Assembly: GCF_036321535.1 (NCBI RefSeq)
Contig: NC_087447.1
Location: 34,412,001-34,476,000, forward strand
Length of the DNA: 64,000 nucleotides
Reading direction: 5' to 3'
DNA from: Camelus dromedarius
Taxonomy: Eukaryota
Below the pieces are notes generated by a model. The model did not search any database and was not told the origin of the DNA. It was given only the letters and a program-made list of their open reading frames with translations. Position 1 is the stretch's first letter; the number at the start of each line of letters is the position of its first letter. Of the stretch, positions 1-13,127 are shown piece after piece. Made by a program: the position numbers and the translations under genes.

Positions 1-330
1 TCTCCTTGCTTCCACTCTTGCCCACTTACTAATGGTAGCTAGAGGGATCCTATAAATCATAAACCAGGTGATATCACTCCACTGCTCAAAATCCCCTAGT
101 GTCTTCCCCTTCAAACAGGGAGTGAAATCCAAAATGTCAACTCGACCTGCACGTCTCAGCATAATCTAGCTCTGAGCTCCCTCCCCAGCCGCCGTCTCCC
201 GCGCTCACTGCACTTCGCCAAGATGGCCTTCTCTCTGTCCCTCAGACACACCAAACACACCAAGCTGCCTCCAGCCTCAGGGGCTTTGCATCTGTTGGTC
301 CCTCTGTCCAGTGAACGCTGACCTGGAGAT
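1..330 (+). mobile_element. L2 LINE fragment
   Basis: Typical L2 3'-region motifs (atatcactccactgctcaaaatccc...; cctcagggggctttgcatctgttggtccctctg). Confidence 0.7.
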
Positions 331-809
331 TCCAGTACAGCATGAAACTCTGAGAAAACAAGTGAGTTGGATTCCCTCGGGAGATGCAGGCTGGGCCTTG
401 GCCATGGAGGACAGACACTGGGGCTCCTCCTGCAGCCTGTCTCCCTGGAAATGGAGGTCTCTATGCTCTGTCACACTGCGTTCTGTCATTTCCGTTTGCT
501 GTTTAGAGAGAATCTTAGGTTGAAGCTGTGATGTAAGATCACGGTACTCAGGGCCACCGGACATGGCCAAGCCCCTGCTCAGAAGGGTCTTCTCAAGGCA
601 AATGCCCTGCAAATAATCCTCCTGCCCCTCATCAGAGATCGGACTCCTTGGAAACCAAGAGAATGGCTGGACAAAGTTCCTTCTCCAATCAGGGGCCCAG
701 AGAGTGCTAGGCTGCTGTTTGATCTCTGCAGTCATCCCTAAAGCTCTGTCCTGTCAGGTGGCAAGAGGTGGAAAGCAGAGCTCACTCTTCCCTGGAGGTT
801 CTGGGGTCA

Positions 810-1015
810 GCCTGTTCAGGTTCAAGTCTGGGCCCTGCCAGCTAGGATTGTTAATGGCAAGTTACATCAGCTCTCTAAGCTTTGTGTTCCTTGTCTGTAA
901 GATGGGTGTAACAGTGATTTGCTACCTCAGATAACTATAAACGTATTCATATGCATGCTGAGCTTAGAATGAGGCCTGCTACACAGTAAGTGCCCAATAA
1001 GTGTTAGTTATTATC
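810..1015 (+). mobile_element. MIR SINE
   Basis: MIR core (ttccttgtctgtaagatggg) and tail (acacagtaagtgcccaataagtgttagtta). Confidence 0.8.
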
Positions 1016-1077
1016 GTCATGCCTCATCATCTCTGTCTTCCAGTAGCAACCGGGGTCAACTGGGGCAGCAGAACTGA

Positions 1078-1290
1078 ATGGAAAGAACATGAGGTTTTGA
1101 TGCCAGTCCTGTCTTGGCTTGTATCCCAGCTCTGCCTGCATGCACATCTTTGAATAAGCGGCTTCACCTCAGTTTTCTCATCTGCAAAATGAGGACATTA
1201 ATATCAACCTCCCGGGTACGTGAGGAGTATTCATGAGAACACAGATGTAAAGCCCCTGGCACTTAGCTGGAGCCTAATAAATGTTAGTTC
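1078..1290 (+). mobile_element. MIR SINE
   Basis: ctcagttttctcatctgcaaaatgagg core; taataaatgttagtt tail. Confidence 0.85.
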
Positions 1291-1727
1291 CCTCCCTCTT
1301 GTCCTCCTTTCCTTCCCTCTGGAGCTTGCTCTGCATTCACAGTCCTTTCTTTCCCCTTCCTCTTTACTGTCACACTGAATAAATGAATACATTAAGTTAG
1401 TGCGAGCAGATACTTTAAGAATCCAGGCTGGTACATTTCCCAGGTTTCACCGCCATCCATCATGAAACATTAACAAGAGCACTTAAAGAAACGCAGTGCA
1501 TCAGAGATAGAGCGGAGCTCCTCCATGGCTCCGTGGTTCTCGTGCCAAATGTCACATGTTATTAAGGCCAAGGGCAAGAGAGGCTGAGACGTGGGGGGAG
1601 CCCCAAGCAGAGCACAGAAAAAGGATAGTGACTGAGAAGCTGCCTGTGTAGAGCTAGAGTTCAATGCTGGGTAACCTCCTGCCTTCCCCGGAGGTTTGCA
1701 AGTAAAAACCAAGGCTTCATAGTCTCA

Positions 1728-2090
1728 ATAAAAGTGGAAACTACCTAAATCATCATCAACAGGGAGCTGAAGAAATTATAGTCCATGCAAAGCATAGAAT
1801 ACTTTGCATCCATTAGAAGGAAAGAAGTGAATTTATATGTGCTGTGATGGAAAGCTGCCAAGTGAAAAAGCCAGGAGAGAATGCTGAGTATGGGGTGGTT
1901 CCATTTATGCAGAAAAAAGCTCTGCAGTCGTATATGGACATATATGCATGGTAATGCATGAGCTGTGCACCACGCTGTTAACAGTGGTTACCTCCAGGCA
2001 GGGGGAAGGGCATACATGGCAGGCATGGAGGTTGAAGCCACGCTTTCATAGAAGTACCACATATACTTCTATGTTATAAATTGTTTTATA
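1728..2090 (+). mobile_element. Old L1 (L1M-type) 3' fragment
   Basis: tggaaactacctaaatcatcatcaacaggg...tagaatactttgcatccatta; ttaacagtggttacctc. Confidence 0.65.
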
Positions 2091-2959
2091 CATCTTTTAC
2101 TCGGGAAGTTAAGGGAGAAAAAGGTAAAAACAGAAAGGAGGGGAAAAATCGATATTCTCTGTCCAGAAACCCAAGCGTATCAAGCCAAGGATGCTCAGGG
2201 TTTCAGGGAAATCTTGCTTTTTCACTAGATATCACCCTGGATTCAGAGATTTATCCAGACACATATCCCTTGATGCTGATCGTTGCCCTGCTTCTTTGCA
2301 CGTCTGCAGAGGGGCTGGGACTGGGGCTGCTTTGACCTAGTGCCCTGCCAGTAGCCATCTTGTGGCTCAGATGTGCCTCCTTCAGGCCAGAAGAAACTGG
2401 TCGTGGGTGGAAGTTGGTCCCAAGGGTGCTGGTGGCAAGCCAAGATCCCTCCAGGCACTCCCTCCCAGAGCCGCCAGAACAGCCAGGGCAGACCCTGGAT
2501 GAAGGTTCTGTTGGCTGGGATCATAGGGGGCACGAATGGCATTTTTTCCCGTAGGCTTCATTTAATTAGTTAATATCCTAGAGTTATCTTTGTCAGGTCA
2601 CTCTTGGCTCCAGGATATGCTCCGATCTACCGTTCCAATCCAATATGTAGGACACTATACAAACTCCTCACCCTGGCACTCAGGGTCCTCAAGGATCTGT
2701 CCTAACTAGATACTCATCCTTCTAGATCAGAAAGAAGCATATCCTGTTACACTTTATGACTCATCTTGCCAGAAATGGTTTTTAGAAACAGATGCCATCT
2801 GTCAAGGCTGCCATCTGCCCTGTCTTTGTTAAGAAGGCCAAAGTGGACGGCCGGCTGCTCTACCTGCCTCACTTTTTCACTGGGCTCATCCAGGGGCTCT
2901 TAAATGAACAGGACCAGTAATAATAATTCAAATAATAAAGCAAGTCCTTGTGCACTGAT

Positions 2960-3075
2960 CTTCTACCTCGTGTCACACAGCACTAAGGGCTTGGCATATG
3001 TTATATCACTTATTTCTCACAATGAGATTTCTAAGTGTTGTATGCTCCCTTTACAGATGAGGAAGCCGACCCCCA
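2960..3075 (-). mobile_element. MIR SINE fragment
   Basis: ccctttacagatgaggaagccga (reverse MIR core). Confidence 0.65.
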
Positions 3076-3711
3076 GCAAGCAACAGGTGAAAGCAGGAGG
3101 CTGACCTCTGAGCAGTACTGCCTCCCAAGGCACTCTCCTCGCAGGAGCTCACAGACGTGTGGACCCCGCTGCAGTCAGCATGGCCTACTGGGGTGTGCGG
3201 GGGAACATCGCACAGGGCATGTCCCGTGTGCATGGCACATTACGTGTCCCATGTGCATCAGAGACCCCAGAGATCCTCGTCCCTCTGTCCCACGGGGAGG
3301 TGCACTGGGCCTCTCTCCTCCCCGACAGGGCCTGGCAGGTGGAAAATGCTTTAGTCAAGCTCTTACTTAATCTCTGTGCTCTTACAGAACCCTTGAGAAA
3401 AGACATCCTCCCTGGAGATGAGCTGTGAAGAATGCCTTCCAGGGAAAGGCTCTTCAAGTGTGTCAAGAGGGTCTTACAGCAAATCTAATGGCTTTGTGCA
3501 GCAAACCTGGTGGGATGGTTGTTTTCACCCAAGAGCTCTCTTGAACTAAGACTCAGATGATGGGATTCAGGTTCTCTCTTAGCCATCAGAACTATATGAC
3601 CCTGGACAAATAATGGCCCTCCCTCTTTAAGCCAACTTTATTGAGAAACAATTTGCATAGAATAAAGTGCACTCATTTTCAGTGTTCAGTTCAATGAGTT
3701 TTTAGAACGTT

Positions 3712-4016
3712 TAGAGCATTAGGTTACCATTGACCCTTCAATGATACGTCAGAAGAAATATCATTTGCTTAGCATGATCCTGGACCACTGAGCCATAGTG
3801 ATGCTTATGGTTGGATGTCAGAAGTAGATGATGTCAATGGTCGTGAATCCCTGGCAGGACGGAGCAGAATGGTGTGTGATTTCATCATGCTACTCAGAAT
3901 AGCACACAATATGAAACTTTTGAATTGTTTATGTCTGGAATCTTCCATTTAGTATTTTCAGACTGTGTGTAACTGAAACCAGGGAAAGTGAAATCACGGA
4001 TAAAGGGGGACTACTG
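3712..4016 (-). mobile_element. MER44/Tigger7 (TcMar-Tigger) non-autonomous DNA transposon, partial
   Basis: Terminal repeat ...cacggataaagggggactactg followed by TA (4017-4018); internal gatttcatcatgctactcagaa. Confidence 0.8.
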
Positions 4017-4404
4017 TACAGATACTTCCGTCACTCCAAAAGGATCACTTCCTGTTTTTGGTCACTAAAGATTAAATTTGTCTTTTCTAGCATTTCACAC
4101 AGCTGGACTCATTCTGTACGTGGTTGCTCTTGCTTAGCTTCTATCACTCAGAATATTTTCGAGATTCATTCATGTTGGTACAGGTACCTGTAGCAGTCAT
4201 TCCTTTTAATTGGTGGGTAGTATTTATCATGTGAATCTAATACACGTAGCATATCCATTACTTGTTGAATATCTGAATTGTTTCCAGTTTGGGACTGTTA
4301 TGTATAAAGCTGCTATGATCATAAGTAAACCAGTCTTTTGTGTAAGTCCATGTTTTCAATTCTCTTGGTTCAATACCTATGTGTGGAAGTTCTAGGTCAT
4401 GTGG

Positions 4405-4884
4405 GTATATTTGTCTCCTGGGCTGCTACACAAAGAACCACAAACTGGGTGGCTCAAACCAACAGAAATCAACTGTCTGACAGTGCTGTAGGTTGGAAGT
4501 CTGAAATCAAGGTGTTGGTGGGGCCATGCTCTCTCTAAAGCCTCCAGGGGACAATTTTTTCTTGCCTTGTCCAGAATCTGGCAGCTCCAGCCCTAGTCCC
4601 TGGCTTGTGGCAGCCTAACTCCAATCTCTGCCTCCATTTGCCCATGGCCGTCTTGCCTCCATGTCTAGGTCTCCACATGGTGTACTCTTTTGTGTGTCTG
4701 TATCCAAATTTCCCTCTTCTTACAAGGACATCAGCCATATTGTATTAGGGCCCACCTTAATGACCTCACCTTAACTTGATTAAACCTGCAAAGACCCTAT
4801 TTCCAAATAAGGGCACATTCGCAGGTACCAGGGACTGGGACTTAAACATACCTTTTTTGGGGGGACACCATGCAACACATAACA
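4405..4884 (-). mobile_element. MLT1 (MaLR) solo LTR, MLT1C-like
   Basis: accacaaactgggtggctcaaa...gtctgaaatcaaggtgttgg...ataaca; 5-bp TSD TGTGG at 4400-4404 and 4885-4889. Confidence 0.9.
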
Positions 4885-5374
4885 TGTGGTAAATAGGTGT
4901 TCGATTTTATAAGAAACACTAAACTATTCTCTGAAGTAGTGGCATCACCTCACATCTTTACCAACACTGAAGGAAAGTTCCAGTTGCTTCACATCCTTGC
5001 CAACACTTGGTAGTTTATCACACTCTTGTATTTTTGCAGTCTAATGGGTGGGTAGAGAGGTACCTCACTAGGGTTTTATTTTGCATTTCCCTGACTGTCA
5101 GTTATATTGAGTGTTTTGTTATCTGCTTATTTGCCATTCACACATCCTTGGTGTCTGTTCAAATATTCTGTCCAATTTTTAATCGGATTGTTTACTTCTT
5201 CTTCTTACTGAGTTATAAGTACCTTCATAATATATTCTCTCCAGGCCATTTTTTAAAACAGGAGTGACAGTCTCATTTCTAATGTCTCTGAGGCCTCTGT
5301 GGGTCGATCTCAAATTAAATGGTCAAAGGGGTGGGAATGTTTAATCCACTGACCAGATGCAAACACTGAATTGT

Positions 5375-5770
5375 ATTATATCCTTTGACACAGCACTCTC
5401 ACCCTAGAGAATTTATCCCGAAGACATGTACAAGGATTTTGTGACAAGAATATTCCTCCTAGCACAGTTTATATTAGAGGACAACTGGAATTAATCTAAA
5501 TACCCTAAAATAGGAGATATTGTAAGTCTATGTAATGGAATACTATACATCCACTAAAACAGATGCCATAAAAATTAACATGGAAAGAGGCTTCTAATAG
5601 AATGTTGATGAAAAAAGCCAGTTATATAATATCATGTGAAATATTACCCTTTAAAAAGTGCTCATAAAGAGCACAGAAAGATACCAGGTAGCAAATACAC
5701 CAAAATGTTGAGAGGTATTGTTTTTAGGTGGTGGAAATTTGGGTCATTTTCATTTCCTCTTGACTTATCC
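5375..5770 (+). mobile_element. Old L1 (L1ME-type) 3' fragment
   Basis: atcctttgacacagcac...gaatttatcc; taatggaatactatacatccactaaaa. Confidence 0.65.
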
Positions 5771-6131
5771 GTATGCTCTGGTCCCTCTACACTTAGTTAA
5801 TAATTGTACAAGTGTTGAATTGTGTTATTGCCAGGGCATGATTTTCAAAGGACAAATGTTTGACATTACTTTTGTTGTCCTGAAGGCTGGCCACAGTGGA
5901 GTGGAAAGAATACACCCTTGTGATCTCTTGGGGTCTCCATCAGCCATCACTCTCCAGGACTGGGCCTGCCTAGCACACCTGAGCTCCATCAGCAGTGATG
6001 GCGGGACCAAAACAACACTCAGCCAAGCAAAGAGCCATCAGTGAGCACTGGGCTACAGACCCACAACCCTGACCCCCTCTTCTGGATTCCTGGGCCCATC
6101 CTGAAACATGACACAGTTGAGGCCTATCAGG

Positions 6132-6570
6132 CAGTGGCATGCAGGTAAATGTCCAACAGGTGGGTCTCCAGAAGAACTAAAACCAGCCCTGATTTGGCAT
6201 GTTTGCTGATCAGTAGTGGTGTGAATACTATCCTCATGGCTAACTTCAAGTTACCAATGTGACATCATTGAATATAGCTTAGGGAAGAGCTGGGCATAGC
6301 AAACCATTATATAGTATTTTAAATCGTATTTCCATCCCACTGAAACAATAGACTTAAACAACTTTAAGAGCACAGGGAGTCATAAAGGAATTGAGAAGTG
6401 TTGAGTTTTGAGTCTTTATTACCTTCGTTTTTAATACAATGCATTTAATTGTCAGGTAATATAATTTAATTTTTATTAATGACTGCTTTTAACAAGGAGC
6501 TCACAAAATTCCTGAAAAATTAATACCTGGCTCTCACGCATAGGCACTAGCCAGCTCCCGCTTATCACTG
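6132..6570 (-). mobile_element. MER63 (hAT-Blackjack) non-autonomous DNA transposon
   Basis: Ends cagtgg...tcactg; internal gctcacaaaattcctgaaaa, gagttttgagtctttattacc, cttcaagttaccaatgtgacatc. Confidence 0.8.
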
Positions 6571-6949
6571 CTAATTAGGCTGCCCTCCCTGGTGGAGAGG
6601 CCCTGCCCTACGCATGCGCAACAAAGCTATTAAATTGAGTCTCTCAAAGCTCTCATTTTTCTATGACATTAATTCACAGCAGTGAGGAGGATGAATGTGA
6701 AAGTCCTAGCACTGTGTCTGACACGTAATAGGTGCTGAGTGATCGTTAGTTTGCAAAACTTCCCTGATGCTGGTACTGTCAGGAGAACAAACCAGAACCC
6801 CCGCCCCACCCCCAAGGACCCACCTCCTCTCTCCCCCTTCGGTCCTAGGAAAGGGTGGGTCAGAGTTCTGGCTCTCTGTGTCCATTCCATGTCCATCAGT
6901 GACCAGGGCTCACCACCTAAGCGTGACTAGCCACAGAGATAGCAAAGTG

Positions 6950-7100
6950 TGGATGGGGGTACAGGTTGGAGAGCTAGGTCCTCTGGCTCCAGATGCAGGA
7001 GATGCCACTTGCTCACTGCAGAAGCTTCACAAGTCACTTAGCTTTCCTGAGCCTCAGTCTCCCCATCTGTAGAAGGGAGCCATGTTGCCTGCCCCACAGT
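6950..7100 (+). mobile_element. MIR SINE
   Basis: aagtcacttagctttcctgagcctcagtctccccatctgtagaaggg. Confidence 0.75.
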
Positions 7101-7649
7101 CACAATGACATTTAGGGGTAGTGCTGGTGCAACCTTTCCTAACCGTCCACCCACCCAGCAGATGCTCGTTTTGTATTGCAATTAGGTTTCTGAATTTCTG
7201 GGCTTGGTGGGTTGGGGGACGGACATTTCAAGGGGCAAAGGGCAGCTTTAACCCTTGGCCTCACCTGAGGCCTGCTATGCACTCTTCCATGGCGGTGTCC
7301 ACTGAGGTAAAGTGCCAGCCTCTCCCTGCCTCCTGGGAGCCCATCAGCCTGTGAGATTCGCAACAGTGGACAGACACACACCTGTGCAAGTCTGCATGTG
7401 CTCAGTCTTGTCTGATATTGAGAAATGTTTCTGGCCAGTCCTGACTGCAGACCCAAGGATGGCAGCCTACTGCAGCTCGAGCCAGAGACCCACAGGGAAA
7501 GTGCTACCTCTTACCATACCTCTGCTTGGCGCAGCAGGGCCTGGCATTTTTGTGGCACGCCCACCTCCTGCCTGTGGCAGATTCTTCAGGAATTCCGGAG
7601 GCTCAGTATTGGGGGCAGGGGACAGTGTCTTGCCGCACCTGAAGAGATG

Positions 7650-7870
7650 TGGGCTATAGAACAAGTCAGACCTGACTTCAAGCCCTGGTTCTGCCACATT
7701 CAAGCTGTGTGATTTTGTGTAAGTTACTTAATCTCTCTGGGCCACATCAGCCATATCTATAATTTGGGAAAATCAATGATATCTACCTCATTGTGTTGTT
7801 GATAGGACTAAGCACTTTATAATTAAGGCACTTAGCATAGTACCTGGAGCATAGCTGCTATTTGAAAATT
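7650..7870 (+). mobile_element. MIR SINE
   Basis: gacctgacttcaagccctggttctgccac...aagttacttaatctctctgggcc...aaggcacttagcatagtacctgg. Confidence 0.8.
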
Positions 7871-8614
7871 ATTGTATGATCCCCTTTAAACGTGCATCCC
7901 TTAGCAGCTGTCTCTGGCCAGCACCCTCACCCTAGAATGCTCCAACATCACCCTACTCTGGGAAGGTCCCCAAGCCCTGCGCCCTCACCCTTCTGAGCCT
8001 CCTCTCCCATCTGCCCTCTGACCTCTGGCAGTTTGTTGCACGTGGCACACACCACCACGGGGCCTCAGCTCACTCGTGCTCATAAATCCCCATCATTGCC
8101 TGCCATGTGCAGCTGCCCAAGGCTTGTCTGCACAAAAGACGGAAAGCAGGAGGAAGCCAGTTTGCCAGCCTCCTCTGCCCCAGTTCAAACAGTCCTGATG
8201 TGCCGATTAGAATATTTATATTAACAGTAACAGCTCCTGCCCTACACCTCCGTTTCTTTCCTAGCTAGCTTCACTCCACAGCCCCTCAAGGTCGGTAACG
8301 AAAGACAATTGGAAAGCAAACCACGTTCGCCTAAAGTCATGCTCAGAGATGCTGGGTGTGCATTTTCTGACATTTGCTAGGGAGGCCATTAGCATTTCTG
8401 CTGATGGGGCTGAAGCCCCTAGCCCTGGCCTCTCATTCAACCCCACTTGCAAAGCCAGGGGATAATCTGCAAGGTGGGCACGGCTCCAGGGAAAAGCTCT
8501 GTGTCAGGCGCTGCCATCAATCCAGGGCGGCAGCACTGCCCCCGGCAGCCAATTCGACTTTAAAGGACATCACAGCCAGGTCAGAAGCTGCCCCTCTTCT
8601 CTGCTTCAGCCATG

Positions 8615-8820
8615 GTGTGCTTTGGACTTGGTTTTGAATTTCTACCTTGTCACTTATCAGCTGGGTGACTTTGGATGAGTCCCATAACCTCCCTGGGCTT
8701 CAGTTTTCTCCACTGTAAAATACTAATCACCTTTCCCCTCAATCAAAGAGTTGTGGTGATAATGAAATGAGACATGCCTTTGAATCATACAGCAAGTGCC
8801 TGGCACATAGTAAATATACA
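8615..8820 (+). mobile_element. MIR SINE
   Basis: cacttatcagctgggtgactttgg...cttcagttttctccactgtaaaat...gtgcctggcacatagtaaat. Confidence 0.8.
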
Positions 8821-8987
8821 TTTTACTCAATACATTTTAGTTCCCTTTTCTTCTCATCCCTCCCTGGCCTGTGGACATCCCTTATCCAACTCTTCACAGT
8901 TAGGTACCAGACTAGAGACAGTCAACACCCAGCATCCTTGTCACCCCAAACTCCCACCAGTGCCATGGCAGATGTTACTCCTGACAT

Positions 8988-9476
8988 AGTGGCAGGCAGA
9001 CTTACAACCCCCAAGGATGTCCACAACCTCATTTCTGAAATCTGTGAATATGTTACATGCTATGGCCAAAGGGACTTTGCAGATGTGATCAACTGAAGGC
9101 TCTCGAGTTGGGGAGATGATGCTGGGTGATCGGGGTGGACCCAATGTAATCACAAAGGTCCTTATAAGCGTAAGAGGGAGTCAGGAAAGTCAGCGTCAGA
9201 GGGATGCAGTGTGAAAAACACTCCACTGGCCATTGTCAATTCTGAAGATGGAGGAAGGGGCCACACACCAAAGAACATCGTTTGCCGCTAGAATCCAAAA
9301 AGGGTGAGGCAATGAATTCTCTCCTAGAGCCTCGCAGCCCTCCTGACACTTAGATTTTATCCCAGTGATGCCTGTGTTAGACTTTTGACATCCAGAAATG
9401 TAAAAGAATAAATTTGTGTGGTTTTAAGCTACCAAATTTTTGTAATTTGTCACAGCAACAATAGGAAACTAACACA
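8988..9476 (+). mobile_element. MLT1D-like MaLR solo LTR
   Basis: aaagggactttgcagatgtgat; aataaatttgtgtggttttaagc; ggaaactaacaca end; degenerate TSD GACAT/GCCAT. Confidence 0.9.
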
Positions 9477-10892
9477 GCCATCATCTTTCTCCAGAGGCAT
9501 GTACTTGGCTTGAGAATTCCTTTCAATATAGTGTTCTAGGCAGCCACCATTGAGAAAGTATCAGATGCCACCTTCAGTCAAGGTACCACTGGGCCACACA
9601 GAATGCCATAAACTGTTCACCACACGGTGCTCTGATTATAGTCTGCCCTGACCTGATGGCCCACATGTCCTGATTGGGGACCTTCTCAGGTCCCACCTCT
9701 GCTACCTACTTTCCCCTTAGCTTGAAACACAGCCAGCCCAGACTCACACCCCAGCCAGCTCTGGACTTAATAGCCCCTCCTTCCCAAGGCTTTATTCTCC
9801 CAGTTCTTGCCAGGGCCTTGCTTCCTCGGCTGCCCCATGACCCTCAGCTGGCAGATCCTCCCAGCAAAGGAACCCACATGAATGGCTGGATCAGAAGGAA
9901 TGTGAGACTGCAGCCTGCCTCCCGGTTCCCACTTCCCTCAGCCTCAGCACAGAGGCCTTCACCGCAGGGGTTATAGGAGATGCCTAAATTCATATCCATG
10001 GCCTGTGGCCACCAGAACAACAAAGGCTCCTTGCAGCAACACCCAGCCCCAAGGCCTGCTTCCGATGGAGGAAGAAAGGGTCCCAAATAGAGATGTTTTC
10101 CCTCCAGCTGTGACGGAGGGTTACAGACAATGTCAGGCTCCCAGGGGATGCACACCACAGGGGAGAAAATAATGACTCACTGTTTAAATGCCCTGACTTC
10201 AAACACCCTTTCTCCAGCATCCGTTTCTGGAGTTCACCCCATGCAACTCTAACTACACATGCATCCTTCTGCTGTGTGCACATACCATCCCCCTCCAGGA
10301 CAACCCAACCCACAGAAAGCCATCTGCTCACACACACACCCAAGCATCAGCACGTTCATCCCTGTGATGGGAAAGCACACATGGAGGCATCACAGTGCAT
10401 AGACACAGGGTACCCACTTACCAAACCAAGACACTTGGACATTTATGTGTTAAACTACATGGAGGCGGTTAAATATCAACTTCGTGGGTAAGCGTGTGCC
10501 AAACATAACACACATCCCTAGAAGCACTGACACCTCCATCCTGTGGCACACATGTAATTACATCTCAGATCAACACCTCAAAACCGTGTTGATTCCCCCT
10601 CCACACACATACCCAACACCCACAACAGAAGGACAGCCATGCAGAATGCAACCTGGCCCACGATCTCCAAATGCCTTAGTGGAAACAAGCAAAAGCCAAG
10701 TAAATAGAAGCAAAGGCCTTTGATGTTTTTGTTTCCACAGCAGGACTGCCACCTGACGCAGGGGCTGACTGCTGCAAGCTGCCCACTCTCGCAGCAGGCA
10801 GCCACGTGAACACAGGGTTGGTACACGCTGAGAGCATGGTAATCATTCCCCAGGGGCCGTGGGTGCCCACATTATCACGTGTATGTGTCTAA

Positions 10893-10910
10893 AACACACA
10901 CACACACACA
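10893..10910. repeat. (CA)n microsatellite
   Basis: Direct read. Confidence 0.9.
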
Positions 10911-11646
10911 TGCGTGAGCATGCACCCCTGACTGTTTGCAGCTGCCTTTAAAAAAAATCTCTCCTATAATACACTGTGCAATCCAGCCCCCCTCCTGTTT
11001 GTCTCGGCTAAACTATTTCGGGAATTGGCACAGATGCTGAGAGCAAAGATATTATTCCGAGATGCTCAACAGAGATCAAAGCTGCTTAATCAAAGCCATC
11101 GACTCCGCACACAGCGCCTTGGCGCATACAGAGCCCAGGTGGAGAGGAAAAAGTCAAAGCAGATAATTGAGGAGACAGGGAGAACCCAGTAGTGGAACTC
11201 CAGGTCTGACACGAACAGGGCCGTCAGTATCAGGAGCTCATCCAAGTCCTAGGCTTGTCTCACTCTCCATCGCCAGATGGAGGTCGCTCAAAGCAGCCAC
11301 AGAAAGACGAAAATCAACCTGCTTAAAAAGCACTCCAGGGAGCAAGATCTCTTAACCCTGTATTGAACAATTCTTACACTTAGGGAAGGGCTTTGTCTCC
11401 TGGTGCAGGTCTGATGAGACACTCACATGGACTGTGGCCCCCTCCCTGGAGTGTTACTGGGTGGGGCTGGCTGAGACCACCAGCGTAGGCAAAGTCATTG
11501 AGCATACAGCCCACTGTGGGAACATGGAGACAGGGGAGAGAGATCCTGTGGGATTCCTTGCGGCTTGTGTTCTTCACCTAAGGTATTCAGTCGAGAGGAC
11601 CCCTGCCCCTGCCATTCCTCTCAACCCCCAACAAACATAAAGTGGT

Positions 11647-12430
11647 CATTAATTCATTTGTTAATTCAACCAATGTTTGTTAGTGCTTACAACTGGCCAA
11701 GCACTGTTCCCGCTGGGAATACAGCATGAATAAAGCCAAGCCTCTGCCTCTAGGGAGCTTAAATTTTAGCTAGAAATGGGAGGAATGGATGGGAAAGACT
11801 GGTCAGGTTATAAGGAAATAAAATCATATTTCAGATTGTTACAAATGCTAGGAAAGAAACAGACAAAGTGCTACGAAAGACATGTGAGTGGAGGCCGTGA
11901 GGATGGAAGGCCATGTCCCTCTAGGGTGACCACAGAAGTCTCTTGGAGGAGGTGACATTTGAGCCCAAGCTGGAAGGATGAGAATGAGGCAGACAGAGCA
12001 GAAGGAGCCCCATTTCAGACAGAGGGAACTGCAAGTACAAACGTGGTAGGATGGTGAGAGCCTGCGGCATTCAGGGGAGGCCAGCGTGGCTGCAGCCCAG
12101 TCAGCGAAAGGGAGACTGGGAGGAGGCGAGACTGGCCAGTGGTCTCAGATCAGCTCAGAGAGGGCCCTGGGGGTCATGGTGAGGAGTTAGCCCTTCTTCC
12201 AAGAGCCTTAACTTACTGACTGCTATAGAAAACGGGTTAAAAGTGGGCAAGTGTAGAAGCGCAGAGACCAGCTAAGTGGCTACTGCAGTGTTTGGGCAGA
12301 AGGTGATGGTCACTTAGACCAGGGTAGTGGCGGTGGATGTGGAGAGGAGTGGCTAGACAGGAAAGTCGTTTGTAGGCAGAAATGGTGGACTTGCAGACGG
12401 ATTGAATGGAGATGCTAAGGGGACTATCAA
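11647..12430 (-). mobile_element. L2 LINE 3' fragment
   Basis: cattaattcatttgttaattcaaccaatgtttg; ggaggaggtgacatttgagc; gatggtcacttagaccagggtagtggcggtgga. Confidence 0.85.
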
Positions 12431-13127
12431 TAGGCAAAGTCATCTACCCAGAGTCAAAAATCCCAGGGCTGGGCGAGATCTTCAAAATCACTTCTCATCC
12501 AGAGCTTAAATTTACCCCCTGCCCCGACCAGGAAGTCCTCAGCCCTGCTTTCTTGGGAGGGTGACTGACTAGCTACAGGGCCCAGCCTGCCCAAGGCCTG
12601 ATGGAAAGAACAACCCCTGGAGAACGCTCCTCTGGGTGGTGCTGATCTCTGCTCCTCCAAAGCACCCATCCCTGGTCCTGGCCATGTTCCTCCCTCGGGG
12701 TCACGAGGAAATGGCAGCCCCCTTCCATAGGGGTGACTTTGGAGAACTGTGGACAGTGCTGAAGGTGTCCTAGGTCATCTTTTTTCTGGGCCAAACACCC
12801 TTAGTGTCTACATTTGCTCAGTCACCCCCCCCTCACCTGCCGCACCAGCTTGACATCAGCACCATAGTGTCCTTTCATAAGGGCAGCACCTGGGTGTGGA
12901 TCTCGGACTTCAGCACATCCAGGTTCGGACAATCCCCAAAGGACCAGAAGTCGAGATGCCGTCTTTCTTGAGCCCTACATTTTCATCCCTTAGCTCACAA
13001 CCCAGCCAAGTAACCCAGAAAACCGGGCTTGCCAAACCCCGCCCCTTTAGCTTCACCTTTCCCCTCACAGAGCTATCAATTTGTCCTAAATATTTTCTTA
13101 GTCCTAGGGGATGGGTGACAATCTCTA

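Larger units (their letters stand above)
3634..5240 (-). mobile_element. Old L1 (L1M-type) 3' region, interrupted by a MER44 and an MLT1 LTR
   Basis: aactttattgagaaacaatttgcatagaataaagtgcac start; aattgtttccagtttgggactgttatg; ttttattttgcatttccctga; the L1 sequence resumes after each nested insert. Confidence 0.8.

Noticed and set aside
12742..12763. REST/NRSE-like ...ctgtggacagtgctgaa
   Set aside because: Too many mismatches to the GGACAG half-site in the required register.
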